A stretch of DNA of 64,000 bases, from positions 15,562,001 to 15,626,000 of the forward strand of contig OZ249441.1 in assembly GCA_965235115.1 (NCBI GenBank). The letters are read 5' to 3'. The notes under the pieces were generated by a model. The model was not told the DNA's origin, made no database searches, and saw nothing but the letters and a program-made list of their open reading frames with translations. Source of the stretch: Laetmonice hystrix. Taxonomy: Eukaryota. Each line of letters starts with the position of its first letter. Positions within the stretch are counted from its first letter, which is position 1. Shown here one piece after another: positions 27,257 through 40,107 of this stretch. A program made the translations under genes and the position numbers.

Positions 27257-28473
27257 GTGAGGTCCATGCGATTACTTAAGAATCAAACCCTCAGCTCCAT
27301 CACATTGAAAACAATACGGCTTAATTGTGTATACGTTTCCTGCAGTCTCCTCTAATTAAGTACGGAACTGGGTGCAAATATCGTTAAAAAGTCCCATGAT
27401 GGACTCCTATACCCACACATGTAGAGCACATTCCCGAGCTGGAAGTGGTCACGTTCCCGATTCCAATATAGTCTGCGTGTCACAGATGGATGTGGATCCT
27501 TTCAGTACAATCTTCCTCACTGGCTCTGTGCTCCGCAACTGAGTCTGGTATTGGCAACAAAAGGTTTTCGTCCAGCCGCGTTTGCGCGACTGGGCATATA
27601 AAGAACCCTTGCAATTTCAAAAGGGTAAGGGAATGCCTCCCGGTGTCCGGTTTCTTCCTCACTTGATCCTCATCATCACCCCTCTGGGACTCGGGGGGTA
27701 TAATAGATCTATTGACTGAATTAAATCGTTCATATCGCCCTGAATATGGCTGAAGTACTGCCGACAGGGCTTCACCCCTCTAATTCACAATTTCCGGAAG
27801 CAAATTTCAAAGTTGGGCCTGGCACTGCACAGCACTGCGGGGAAGGCAATCTTTGGACATACGATTTTGGTGGAAAGTTCAATGGTTTTCATGCCCATGT
27901 TGTTGATCGTCGGAAAAAGGGGTAGATTAAAATAGGGGAGAGAATTTATGTATCATTCTAATTCCCTGATGAGTACCTTTGATCATAGTTCAGGTTAGTT
28001 TCCGCTTAGTGTCGCTGCAGTCGTGCCTTTTATTCCATTTTTTGTGTTCCATGCAAAGAGCCGTAATTTTTTGCGACTCGCTCGATTCTGTGCTGGAATA
28101 CATTGTCATATTTGTTTGTTTAAAAAGATCACTACTGTCAACACTGAAAGATAAAGCAACGTGGCATACGTGCCGCTCCCTAGTTTTTCAGTGCAAACAT
28201 AAGAACGACATTTCTCGATCGAAAAGGGTTGATTAATGTTTGAATAAGACGCCGCTGTATGATCCAGGAATCCAACTGCACGTTATGTTAGACTGAACTT
28301 TTTTATGGACAGATCTGTAGTGTCGTCATGTGCGAAAAATATTGGCCCAGAATTTTTTTTTTTTTTCATAATTGTGTAACGATTGTGGGGTTGATCAGTG
28401 ACTTGTTCCTGCAAACTGAAAGTGTGTGTACCGATGTTCTGTTTCTCATTGTTATGGTAAACACCACGACCAG

Positions 28474-28599
28474 GGCCTATTTCTAGAAGGTTATGGGATC
28501 AGAACCTTTTTCCTGCCTTAGGTTTTTGACTGGCTGCCCAGAAGCCTTCTGGCAGACCTTGAGTTTCAAAATATTAAATAACCTTCTAGGAATCGGGCC
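28474..28599. mobile_element. Harbinger-like MITE with CAG TSD
   Basis: CAG|ggcctatttctagaaggttat ... ataaccttctaggaatcgggcc|CAG. Confidence 0.65.
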
Positions 28600-29850
28600 C
28601 AGTTCACAACATTCAATGAATACTAGAATAGCTTAAAGCAAATGTCAGATGGGATACCGACGTTCTAACTGCCCTCCCTCCGCTCTCCCAAGGCTTTCTC
28701 AGAATCTACAACAGCAGTTATAAACTTTCAAAGTGCCTCATAGATATTATCCTCTAGTCCTACTCTCCACTCGATGGCCCATCAGCATTACTTTGAATGG
28801 TTAGCCAGGACTGTACGCACTAACAAATGAATTGTCTGCTCAAACACGAACTGGCCAGTGTCTGCATATTAAATACGAAGTTCGCGGGCGGATTCACTAA
28901 AACGCTAGCGTACACATTTATATCGCCGCCAATTCATTGGGACGCCCGAAAGTGCTTTTCATTATTAGACACTTTTAGTGAGGGCTGGGCAAATGACCGA
29001 ATTCAGCTTACTGTAGCCACAGACTCGAAGATGTCCCCAGCTGACAGTCTGAGCTGTATTTGTCTTGTGGCTATACAGCAGAGCACGAACTTGCCAGTCT
29101 ATTGTGATCAAGTAGATGCCAAGGGTATAGACCTCCACATCAGGCAGCGTGGTCAGAATATATATGGACTCTTCCTCCTAGATGGTAAAGATCTTCCTCA
29201 TTCTCATTTGATATATAACTGTGAGAGGCCAACGTGTGTCAAAATATAAACTCAACATTAATTCTCTTTCCTTTCTTCAAGATGAGATGTTTCGTTAATA
29301 TTTAGTTTTACACTAATACCGAAAGAAATAAGATAAAAAAAGAGCGAAGTCATCATTTCTAGCTTCAGATGGCATAAATAAATAATTAATAATTGCGAAT
29401 AAAATGTCTAGTCTTGCGTATGAAGTTTCTTCGATGGAAAGAGGAGGCACGAGCCGGCTGTATTATGTAGTAGGATATAGTGACCTTTTGTAACGCTGTC
29501 GTTGCCAACAATGCACGTATAGAACAGTCGTATCATATGAACATGTATCCGCCTGCTTATTGTATCGTCACTTTTTGCGGTTATTGTTGGTTGGTTGAAC
29601 GGCCAGGCTGACCTCGAAATGATACTGGTTGTATTACATAGGCCTATCGTACATAATGTTCGTAATAAAGAAAATCCAGCCCCTATGGCTGCTACTGAGA
29701 TCATGCAACTCAGATCCCCTTCACCATTTGTCATGTTACCTTTTTGTGACTGCGATGCAATGTTTCGAAATGAGCATTTTCTTCGAAATTGTTTCAAGGA
29801 ACCATCTTATCTATACACCATTAAAATATATTTTAGAAAAGAAAACTGGT

Positions 29851-29957
29851 CTGAGTTATGTTGTACCATAATCAAAGTTATCTGACTGGTTACCTGACTG
29901 GGCCTGAGTTATGTTGTGCCATAATCAAAGTTATCTGACTGGTCACCTGACTGGGCC
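29851..29957. repeat. 53-bp tandem duplication
   Basis: ctgagttatgttgt(a/g)ccataatcaaagttatctgactggt(t/c)acctgactgggc at 29851 and 29904. Confidence 0.92.
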
Positions 29958-30038
29958 TCTGATTGAGTCATGTTGGCATACTTGTATACTTTGGGGGTGG
30001 CAGCATGTATCACAGACATTGTCTACTCCTTTAGACAA

Positions 30039-30341
30039 TGCAAATTCATCTCAGACCAGATTCCAATCATGTTTGGTAGAACATCGCCTTTTAGCCTGTC
30101 GTACACATTAAAATCAGTTTCCGTACATCGGAGTCATGCTTGGTTTCGGTTTCGGCAGTTGTAGGACAGGAATGTCAAAATGCCGGACTAAAACGCGATC
30201 ACATTTTTCACTGTCCAAGCACACGTTATCTCATCCAGTTTAGGAGTAAATCGACACATTTAATGACGTAGATCGTTGTATATTTCTGCGCAGACAGGGC
30301 AGGTTATCTCTGGAAAATTTCATTCAACTGATTCCCTTTAA
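30039..30341 (+). mobile_element. Interspersed repeat, copy 1, ending in ccctttaa (Kolobok-like end)
   Basis: Shares attcatctcagaccagat(t/g)ccaatcatgtttggta and gtagatcgttgta...caggttatctctg...tgattccctttaa with 46227-46562. Confidence 0.65.
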
Positions 30342-33300
30342 TAGTGAACACTTAGATGTTCCATAACAAAATTTCCGTTTTTACAACGAACCCTTTGGTG
30401 AAACCGCAGCCGGCCATCAGTTTTTCAAATGACTGATAATCAAAAGGCTGATGACACAGACATGAGGCTGAGATAGAACGAGATTATAATCACAGAGAAG
30501 CTGGCAGCAACTGTTTCTTGTCTTCAGGCGGCCTTCTCGCCAGCCCCTCTTTCAATTGTCTCGCCACTGTCGGCGAACATCTCGCATGTCTGGGCAAATG
30601 AACCGGATTGGGAATTCACGTACACCAAGGGGAAAACTCCGCCGGAGTTACCTCAAACCGCTCACTTGTCTTCAAGGAATCAGCCGCTACAGGGGAGATG
30701 CCAGCATCCTATCATTAAAACACGCCTGGGAAGGCCGGCGGATTAGATGGTATCAGAACGTCTTCGAGATCTGCCTCAGTATTATTCACCTGCCAACCTG
30801 ATCTTATCGTACCTCAGGCTTTCTTATCTCCCCTTTTCTTCCTCAACTTGCATTGCAACTTGCATTGTTTCCGAACGTGACAATAATTATAGAAGATCGT
30901 CGGCTATTTAAGATATCGACACCGCCCTTCTGTATCATTATCCTTTGTTGAGATCACTGAATATGACCTGTTGTCGACAGATCTCATCACAGTCAGGCGT
31001 GAGGGATGTGACACTGCTCTGCTGCTCAAAAGCCCCTCTTTCTATTAATAGAGTTTTTCCTAGACACTATGACGCTCGCCAGATGCTACTTGGGATACAT
31101 GTATTTATCTCGTATCTACGTCATGAATATTAGTTGATACATTTAGAGAAAATGCCGCTGGCTGGATTCAAAGATTCGACCTAATTATATGGATTACCCG
31201 GTGGGACTAGACACTGAAATATTAACGGAAAATGTAATTACTTCTGAGTTATTCTGTAGTCTGTAGTGTATTTCTGTCTGGCTGATTACAACTCCTCCCC
31301 GAGCCCAAATCTTAAAATACTGAAATACTAACTATGCAGGCGCGCCATGAAATTAATCATGGTGGGAAATAATCATTCTTGATGACCTTACGACATTATC
31401 TACATGATCCACCAAACGGAAATGTACAGGAAAGGAGTGACTATAATTGTGTAAATAATTCACATGTAAGCAAAATACCCATTGATAAATACAAGTAATC
31501 GAGAAACAGTAATGGCGGCGGAAAACTGAGGATGTAAACTGAATTTTACATGCCATGACAGATAATGGTTTACTGGCCATCCATTGAACAGGTTTTCCAT
31601 GTCCTAACCATATCTCTCTGGTATCGACAGCTCCTGATCTAATCTGACGCCTGACACAATTGTATCTGAGATATTTGAAAATTTCATTAGGTGCGCCGCG
31701 GGGGGCGACCCTAAGGGGATATCCGAAGGAGGGGGCGACTAGGAGAAATTAACATTAAGGTTGATTTATTCGCATCAGGTTTAGGGAGGGCCCCCTAGCC
31801 CTGATACTAATGTATTGTAACAACACCAATAAACNNNNNNNNNNNNNNNNNNNNNNNNNNNNNNNNNNNNNNNNNNNNNNNNNNNNNNNNNNNNNNNNNN
31901 NNNNNNNNNNNNNNNNNNNNNNNNNNNNNNNNNNNNNNNNNNNNNNNNNNNNNNNNNNNNNNGTCATACACTACTCTCTGAGAGAACCCCACCTAACAAA
32001 GACAAAGGGATGAACATAACGAGATTTGTCTACGTTCGATTGTTTGCGTGCGGCATTGCCGCCTGCATTCGTACAACACTTACATAAACCTATTTGTGTT
32101 CGGTTCCTCGCTAACTCCCCCGAAATCGCGTCATAATGGTAAAACAAGCTTTCTCAACACGAGAAGACAATACCCTAATCATTCGAATGGAAGGCGAACA
32201 AGAAATGATGCGTGTATTATCCGCACAGGGCTGTGAAGATCTAATATTTGATTATCTCGATTATACCGCGATGTATGAACCAATGTCTCAAAGCATGCAG
32301 GTGCTCTGGAGCGAGTTTCTCTCTATGTTTTAACGTCATTTCAGCGCGGTGCATAGGAATGGCTGCGGTGTCATCTATTCACAATGAGTAAAATTTTATT
32401 AGTTCTGATTTAATTCAGCGCATACAATAGAATATGAGCCTTGCAATACAATATTTTATTGTTCCTGTAATTTGATCTGTGATGATTGTCTAAAGGTTTA
32501 CTCGTTTGAAAGGCGGATTGAATTTAGAATTGTAGTTAAAAAATTACTTGTAGGATAACAAGACAGTGACACAGTTTTATCGGAATCGACGGGTTCGACG
32601 GATTAAACTCAATGAAATTCCTCACATATTAATTTTTACATTAGTATCTATTGATGATGAAAGTCACATTCCCCAGTGCCTCGTTCATCATGCTGGTTTT
32701 TAACAATGGCTCAGTTGTGGCATCAAAGTAACTTCTGTAAAAGTCTGGCCTCACTGAGCCACCATGCTTGGTAAAACGCACGTTTGGAACATCGGAAAAG
32801 TGCTGGCGCATTACCTGGCATGAGCAACTTTATTACACCAAGATTATGACTACTCCGTGACCCCTTGACACCGACAACGTTTGCAGTGGCATCCCGTGCA
32901 GTGGGGGCCTCCCCCTGCTGACTGGCTAAATACATTATACCGAGGCCACAACCCCCTAGCGCAGGGCGGCATCGTCTCGCCTAGGTTTCAGACTGTCCCA
33001 CATCATCCATATCATTTTTAACCATAGTTCTGGCATTTAGTCCATTTGTGATCCCCCCCCCCCTCCTTTACATTTCAAAACGCTCAATCGCCCTTAAAAA
33101 CTGCATTGGCTCTTTGCTGGATTTAATCTCCCTGCTGATGGGGTCGTTAAAACTCAGCCGCTCCCATTTCGCCATTTACATATACTACTTACGGACGGCA
33201 TTACACTGGAAAAGTTAAACCAGATAAAAAACAAAAGGAAAAACGGCAGGAACTGTTGCTAAACGGCTGAACAAACTGCATCCATTACAGCACATCGTAT

Positions 33301-35584
33301 AGTTTATCGGAGTCCTAAACGCCCACAGTTTATCGACACAAATACTGCGGCGATCAAAGTGGCTATCGATAAAAACACGATTTTGTTCTTGATTAGTGCT
33401 ATCAGGGAAGCTTTCCGTCATAATTTCTGAACAAGAACCGCCATTAAAAACATCGCTATTCTAATTTCCGAGCTATGAGAAAAAAGCAATGCATGTTGTC
33501 ATATTCTTTTACTATAACCAACATGACTTCCTGTTTACCGAATGCAAAATCAGCAGTAGTGTTGCTTGTTGACATTAACCGACACTCATTCCGGACACTC
33601 ACGAGTTGCCATTTTCATTGTCCCTGCTAAGATTAAACAGCGATTGCGGAGACCTAGTTTTAAAGCACTTTCTTTTATCTCTCCGTAACTTAGTTTTCTT
33701 GGTTGCAAGTACTTAGGTAGGAATCAGAACATGACATTTAGATGCCTGTAACGGCTCGGCCTTACCTTAATGGTGACTCTGATGGTGTCAGCCAGCAGAG
33801 AGATACCATCCACCCTACCCCACCCAACCGCTGCATCTACGTCTCCAGAGTAAAAACCAAACGTTAGTGCTCACAATACGAAGATACACTTGCCCATATA
33901 ATGTGTAACTTACGTTCTATTAGGCCTAACTATTTACATGAAGGTCGCTAATATTGTCAGGGAGTGCCAAGCGACAAAACCTAATGAGGATTTCCAAATA
34001 TACACACTGCTATAAATGTGAATACAGCTTTTCCACAATTTAGTAAAAAAGTTATTAAAATCAAGAGACAAATATTTGATTATGTAGGGTACATTATACT
34101 CTGGCCCAATGATACCTTTTTGCCCCCCCCCCCCCCATCCCCTTTTCCCGACGCCGCTGATATACACAAGTATACCTACTAACCAGAGAACAATGGCCTG
34201 GGTGTGTATGCCATCAATCAACCTAAATCTACCTTCCAGGGAAATGTGTCGCCGCAGTGGAGGCTCCTACAGAGAGGTAATAGTTTCCTGCCGTCTTCAG
34301 GGAATAAATGGGCCGTCCATTCGTGTGAAGCTTGGTATCTCTCAAGGAGGGATACTGCATATTACCGTTTCCGTTACCGGATTACCGGTTCCTTTACGAA
34401 ACATCTCTGGCAGGTCTGACCCAGGGATACTACTGGTCTTGGATGGGACGGAATTTTCATTCAATAGAATGCTCCACCTCCACAATTGAAAGTCAGAACC
34501 ACTGCTGTGGGCAGCTGGCCGCACGGATGGCACTTTGACTTTGTTCGGATATAAAGGTTGTAGAATACAGAAATAGGGAGCAGCTGATGCTATAATACTG
34601 GAATATCAGGCATTTTTTAAGAATGGTTGAATCAGAGGCCGTTGACACAATATACTAGCATATTCGTAGTGCTGATATTTTTTTCCACTAATGCCTCCTA
34701 TGCCTAAATCGACCAGTCAGTCCCCATGCTGCTTAACTTAAAAAACACAAATAAAAAACAACAAATAAAACCAGAAAAATACCCACAACCCCCTGAAGAT
34801 CCTTAAATTGGCTAGATTGGCAACAACCTTTTTATTCATCATTAAACGTCTCCCGCCGTATTCATCCCTTGTTGGGTTTACACACGACAACATCCAGACA
34901 TCAATGAATATGGCCGCGAGCACAATTCAACCTATACATCAGTTGGGAGAAGAAAAATATTACCCCGTTTTCTAGGATAATAGATGCGGCGGCGAATGGA
35001 GGTGGTTCGCCAGCTTATAGGAGAGTGCATCATCAATCTTATTCAAGAGACGGGTAATGCTACAAAACGGCAAATACAACAAGTTTATGTGGAGGAAAAA
35101 TCTGCTTGGGGAAATCTACAGCATCATCTTTATCACTTCTCGTCGGCATACTCATGATCTATGGAGTTGATTTTTGCTCCATAAGTAGGCCGACTCGCAG
35201 GTGGTGTGCTAATCTCTATCCATAATCTATTCTATATATAGGCCTAGGCGTTGTAACATAGGTAGGGACGTTTGTTATTTCTACTTTTTTCCTCGGCAGG
35301 GCGGTATATCTGTCTAGACGGGTGGCGAGTGGGTAGTCCATTCCCTGAAGACGGCCCACAGCAACGATACGCCATGTCGCATTTAATTTGATTCGGTGAT
35401 TTGTCTGCGAGTTTCGCTTGTTGTACCCCATTCACATTTTATAGCGGGGATGGTCAAGGGGTGATTGTGGGATGCTGGGGTTCGTGGATTATAATTGAAA
35501 TTGTTACGTGCTTTTCATGATCATGCACTTTATAGCATTTTACAATTGCTGTAGGGTGGGGGCGGGGGGAGGGGCTTAATCATG

Positions 35585-35887
35585 TATTTTTCACTTTAAA
35601 AGACCCTTAGATCTTGTATTCTTCACTTTAAAAGACCTTTAGAACTTGTATTCTTCACTTTAAAAGACCTTTAGAACTTGTATTCTTGAGATCTTGTATT
35701 CTTCACTTTAAAAGAACTTTAGATCTTGTATTTTTCACTTTAAAAGACCCTTAGATCTTGTATTCTTCACTTTAAAAGACCCTTAGAACTTGTATTCTTC
35801 ACTTTAAAAGACCCTTAGAACTTGTATTCTTCACTTTAAAAGACCCTTAGATCTTGTATTCTTCACTTTAAAAGACCCTTAGAACTT
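35585..35887. repeat. 32-bp AT-rich minisatellite, ~9 copies
   Basis: Unit tattcttcactttaaaagacccttaga(t/a)cttg, with one partial unit. Confidence 0.97.
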
Positions 35888-36724
35888 TTTTAATGATAAA
35901 CATCACAAAGATAAACGTTTCGGTTTTCCAGGCTGGTACATCTCGTAAATAATAATCAGTAATTGCATGACGTTAGAGGGGGTTTTTTTGCTGCAGGCCG
36001 TAGGACCCGAGTGTCCGAATTATTTAGAGCCCCGTTTCTACGATCTATAGTTTTATGAGGAAGATATACATGTCTAACGTATAGATCTAATTTATAGTGC
36101 TGCCTTCGTATGGATGTCCTTGTTTCACAATTACTTTAATTCTTTGTAATGCTGCTGCTAGTATATCTTTGATTATCTTAATTCTTCTTCTTCGTCTTCG
36201 TACTCGTTATGGCGCGTCTAATCCGTTGACCTAGCTCGACACACATGGATGGGACAAGTCTACAGATACTGATCACCAGCACCGATCAGTGTTCCCATAA
36301 TTATACAGACTTGGCGGATCCAAGGGGGTGCAGCGGTATATATATATTCATATATATATACATATAAATGTTCTGCAAAAACCTCCACTGCCTGCCTTTG
36401 TGGGATATTATGCCCCATTTATTGAGATGTGTCTATGTGGGGGGGGGGGGGATTTGCGAAAGTGGCCTTTTTTCCATAGCACCCCCCCCCCCCTCTCTTA
36501 CAAATCTTACTGGCTCCGTCCCTGATAGTTCCCTTCGATAAGATGTATGCTACAAAAAACACCGTCTGCAGACTTTGTCTACATGATGTGTGCCCCTGGG
36601 GGATGACAACGACATTTCATAAGTTACCAGAGAATCATCGTCTCCTTTCAAATCTTTTCACGCCATCTGTGTATCATACACCACTACATCGGTTTATTAC
36701 TGACAGAATGGAGGCTACAGCATT

Positions 36725-37372
36725 TATTTACCGAGAGGAGAGAGTAGGAAGGAGGCCGAGGTGGAGGAGGGAGGGACAGGAGGGAGGGACAGGAGGAGGG
36801 AGGGACAGGGGGAGGGAGGGACAGGAGGGAGGGAGAGACAGGAGGGAGGGAGGGACAGGAGGGAGGGAGAGACAGGAGGGAGGGAGGGACAGGAGGGAGG
36901 GACGGGAGGAGGGAGGGACAGGAGGGAGGGAGGGACAGGAGGGAGGGACAGGAGGGAGGGAGGGACAGGAGGGAGGGAGGGGCAGGAGGAGGGAGGGACA
37001 GGAGGGAGGGACGGGAGGAGGGAGGGACAGGAGGGAGGGACGGGAGGAGGGAGGGACAGGCGGGAGGGAGGGACAGGAGGGAGGGACAGGAGGGAGGGAG
37101 GGACAGGAGGGAGGGAGGGACAGGAGGGAGGGAGGGAGGGACAGGAGGGAGAGAGACAGGAGGGAGGGAGAGACAGGAGGGAGGGAGAAACAGGAGGAGG
37201 GAGGGACAGGAGGGAGGGAGGGAAGGACAGGAGGGAGGGACAGGAGGAGGGAGGGACAGGAGGGAAGGAGGGACAGGGGGGAGGGACAGGCGGGAGGGAG
37301 GGACAGGAGGAGGGAGGGAGGGACAGGAGGAGGGAGCGAGGGAGGGACAGGAGGAGGGAGGGACAGGAAGGG
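36725..37372. repeat. Polypurine (GGGA/GGAGGGACA)n low-complexity tract
   Basis: About 650 bp of almost only G and A on the + strand. Confidence 0.97.
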
Positions 37373-38744
37373 ATGAATGAAAAAGGAAATGAGTGAAAAC
37401 GTGAGCAAAAAGATGAATGAAAAAAAAACATTCTGAGAGCCCTACAACTTGATGTCGATATTCTGTGTTCCTTTGAGCTAAGTGTCGAGACATATTAAGA
37501 AGATTGGTCAATTGTGGAGGTTAAAAACATATGGCCAGAATAACCTACCGATAATTACCAGACAACCTCACGTTAAAAAGGAAGGTGAAGGGTGGCCGGT
37601 TCGAGGTCATGCATAAAGCGGCCCGGTAGTGCCAACTTAAATTTTGTCTTAGACCATAAAAACTAATTAATTCCATTATTTCCACAAGCACCATAACCGA
37701 CGCCACCACTACCAGGTTTTTTCCTTTAAAAAATTCCGACTGCTTTTGTACGCAAGAATAGAACATTGCAGCGGTTTTATGGGCTGAGAGTTTTTCACGG
37801 TCTTTAATAAAAAAAAGTTTGAACATCATTGCATTTGTTTTGTTTTCTTCAAAACCTCTTCATATCCTCAACAGCTGTCAATCACAGCCTGGAGAGAGAA
37901 AAAGAAGAAGAAAAACGTAAACGCATTATTTATCATTATGAAAGGCATTTTTGGGGGAGGGGTTAGTTTCGCCGTTGTGAAGTCTGTTTGATCTATAAAC
38001 CTGACGGTGGCCGATAGAGGGCACCACATCCACGGTCCGTTCAGTTGAAGGTGATAGTGCGGGGGTATATGCCTAAATTCTTTATATATACATGTATGTA
38101 TAAAGAAATAAGTTTTGGAATAACATTCCGCCTTATAAATCTTTGTTTGAATTAGAAACTAATCAAGGTATGCTTCCTGTACTCTTGGATGAATAACCTA
38201 TCCAAGCTTTAATACGCGGCCTGGCACACATGCGATGTCCCTCGCCAGACGGCGATACCCACACATCACCGCCCACAGGCAATGTTCCCAACAGTTTCAA
38301 CGAGCATTTTGACGGGGACTAACACAGACCAGGGTCATACAGGTCCAACCCATTCCAAGATGGGATATAACAGATATCAAACCCAAAACGTATTGAGGTT
38401 TGATATACTTGTCGCATGCATGAGGAGTAGTAGGCCCTATACCTCTCTGTCATCCGGACAAGAAGGCGGCAGTGAGCGGTGAAAATTATCACCACTAGGT
38501 GTCGAAATCGCTTAGATTGTCATCCTCTGCTCATGTACGACAGCGACATCTAACAGTGAGAAGGCGACACTAGGGCATCTAAATATACATGTACAGAAAA
38601 ATTGCGAGTATGATTTTTTTCCCTCCTTCTTTCTCTTTGCCTTTTTCTTATTGTACATCACTTGCAACCCGCTTCCCACTACAGTATAATATATTAAACA
38701 CCTGGCTACCAATATCAGCACAATATGTTTCTATTGTCATTTAA

Positions 38745-39272
38745 AGGGGCATGCTATAAAACACGTTTTTGAGGATTTCCGGCAATTATCCAACATGACC
38801 GTGTACTAGGGATCCAAGTAAATAATCCTACCACAGCATTTTGTCCTCCGACGTGTTTTCACTGCGTTTGCAGCACAAGTAGGTTCTATACGACCAAACC
38901 TATAGATTTCTCTCGATAGCACATCTCCCGCCATAATTTGGTAGACAACCTCCCATCAACCCGTGTAATTGCATACTGTGTCACATCCTGTGTGTGCACT
39001 CTCTGCATGTGCTTAGTCACGTGATTTGCTTAGTTGCAAACAATTCAGCAGTGGCACTCGATCGCCCGGCATCAGAATGCCACCCAAAAAATATTTTACG
39101 AAATCGGCAGAGAAGCGGGCAAGGGAGCTTAATAAACTTCGATTTCTCACGCAAAATGAAACTGATAAGTCTGTCTTTGTTTACCAAGCAATTTTAATGA
39201 AGGATCTCTTTATGAAAACAGCAAAAGTTCTATGAAATACCGATTTTTAACGTTTCCTCATAATATGCCCCT
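38745..39272. mobile_element. Kolobok-like non-autonomous DNA transposon (TTAA TSD)
   Basis: TTAA|aggggcatgcta ... taatatgcccct|TTAA. Its right ~145 bp recur inverted at 45157-45300. Confidence 0.75.
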
Positions 39273-40107
39273 TTAATCACCACCTGGTTGGTGTATCATT
39301 TAGACTGCACTTGAACGTCAAGTTTTTGTTACTTGTGAATGCAACGTGATTTGATGCTGTACATTGACTAGGTTAAGTTCTTGATTAAGATTGCTTACTT
39401 TCTCCATTATACAAAATTATAGAGAAATTTCGCCTAACCTGGTGCTAGGATTCGGTTTAGGCCCTACGTTTAACGCAAGGTCTAAAACCCTCCGACATGT
39501 AGACCAATCCCGCATCCAATTTCCCGAAACGGTAGTCATTTAATCGATAATATCAAACTTCGAACCTAACATCAGTCTCTTTGTCCGACACAGCAGCGCC
39601 TGTATGAAGGGATGAGTTTTTAAATCTTGTAAACCTTTTCAGGTCAGTGGGATGCCATATCAATGAGAGGTCATAAATCACATATTGTGCAGGTCGGCTG
39701 ATATATAAATCAACGATGATCGTATAGTGGCATGTTTGTCACGTATCATGTCAGCCTTGTATATAGGAATCCTACTTTGTAAACATACAGTTCCTAACTT
39801 TATTCAACCATCGAATGGGGCGGTATAGGGTCGGGATAACGTCTGTAATATTACATCTTTTTACATGCAATCGATAAACTGGTTTATCTTGGGTGATAGA
39901 ACTATGCCCTTCATGACCGCAACTGCCCCTCAAAACCTTGGTGTCCCCTCCTTCCCCCATCAATTTTGACTTCCATGCGGCCCTGTCATGTATATGTTGT
40001 GGAAACATACATAGCAACGGCCAAGTGCAGGTTTGTACGGCCTCATAAATTGATCAAGAAACATCTAGACTGATGATTGTTCTCAGGTCTGGCGTTCAGC
40101 TCGAATC

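Noticed and set aside
26725-27355. Regularly spaced palindromic repeats resembling a CRISPR array, and the repetitive ORFs over them
   Set aside because: Linkers are only 3-4 nt and recur, there are no unique spacers or cas genes, and the context is eukaryotic.
34263-34306. Minus-strand CTGAAGA-CGGCAG-GAAAC...GTA minimal hammerhead candidate
   Set aside because: Stem III has only 2 bp and a non-palindromic loop, stem I has 4 bp, and there is no Penelope context.
34109-34489. VKLGISQGGILH resembling the RT GxxQG motif
   Set aside because: No YADD-like or other RT motif is present in frame.
36543-37511. Long G/R/E-rich and P/S/L-rich ORFs (211-277 aa)
   Set aside because: They are open only because the GGGA repeat lacks stop codons, and they occur in multiple frames on both strands.
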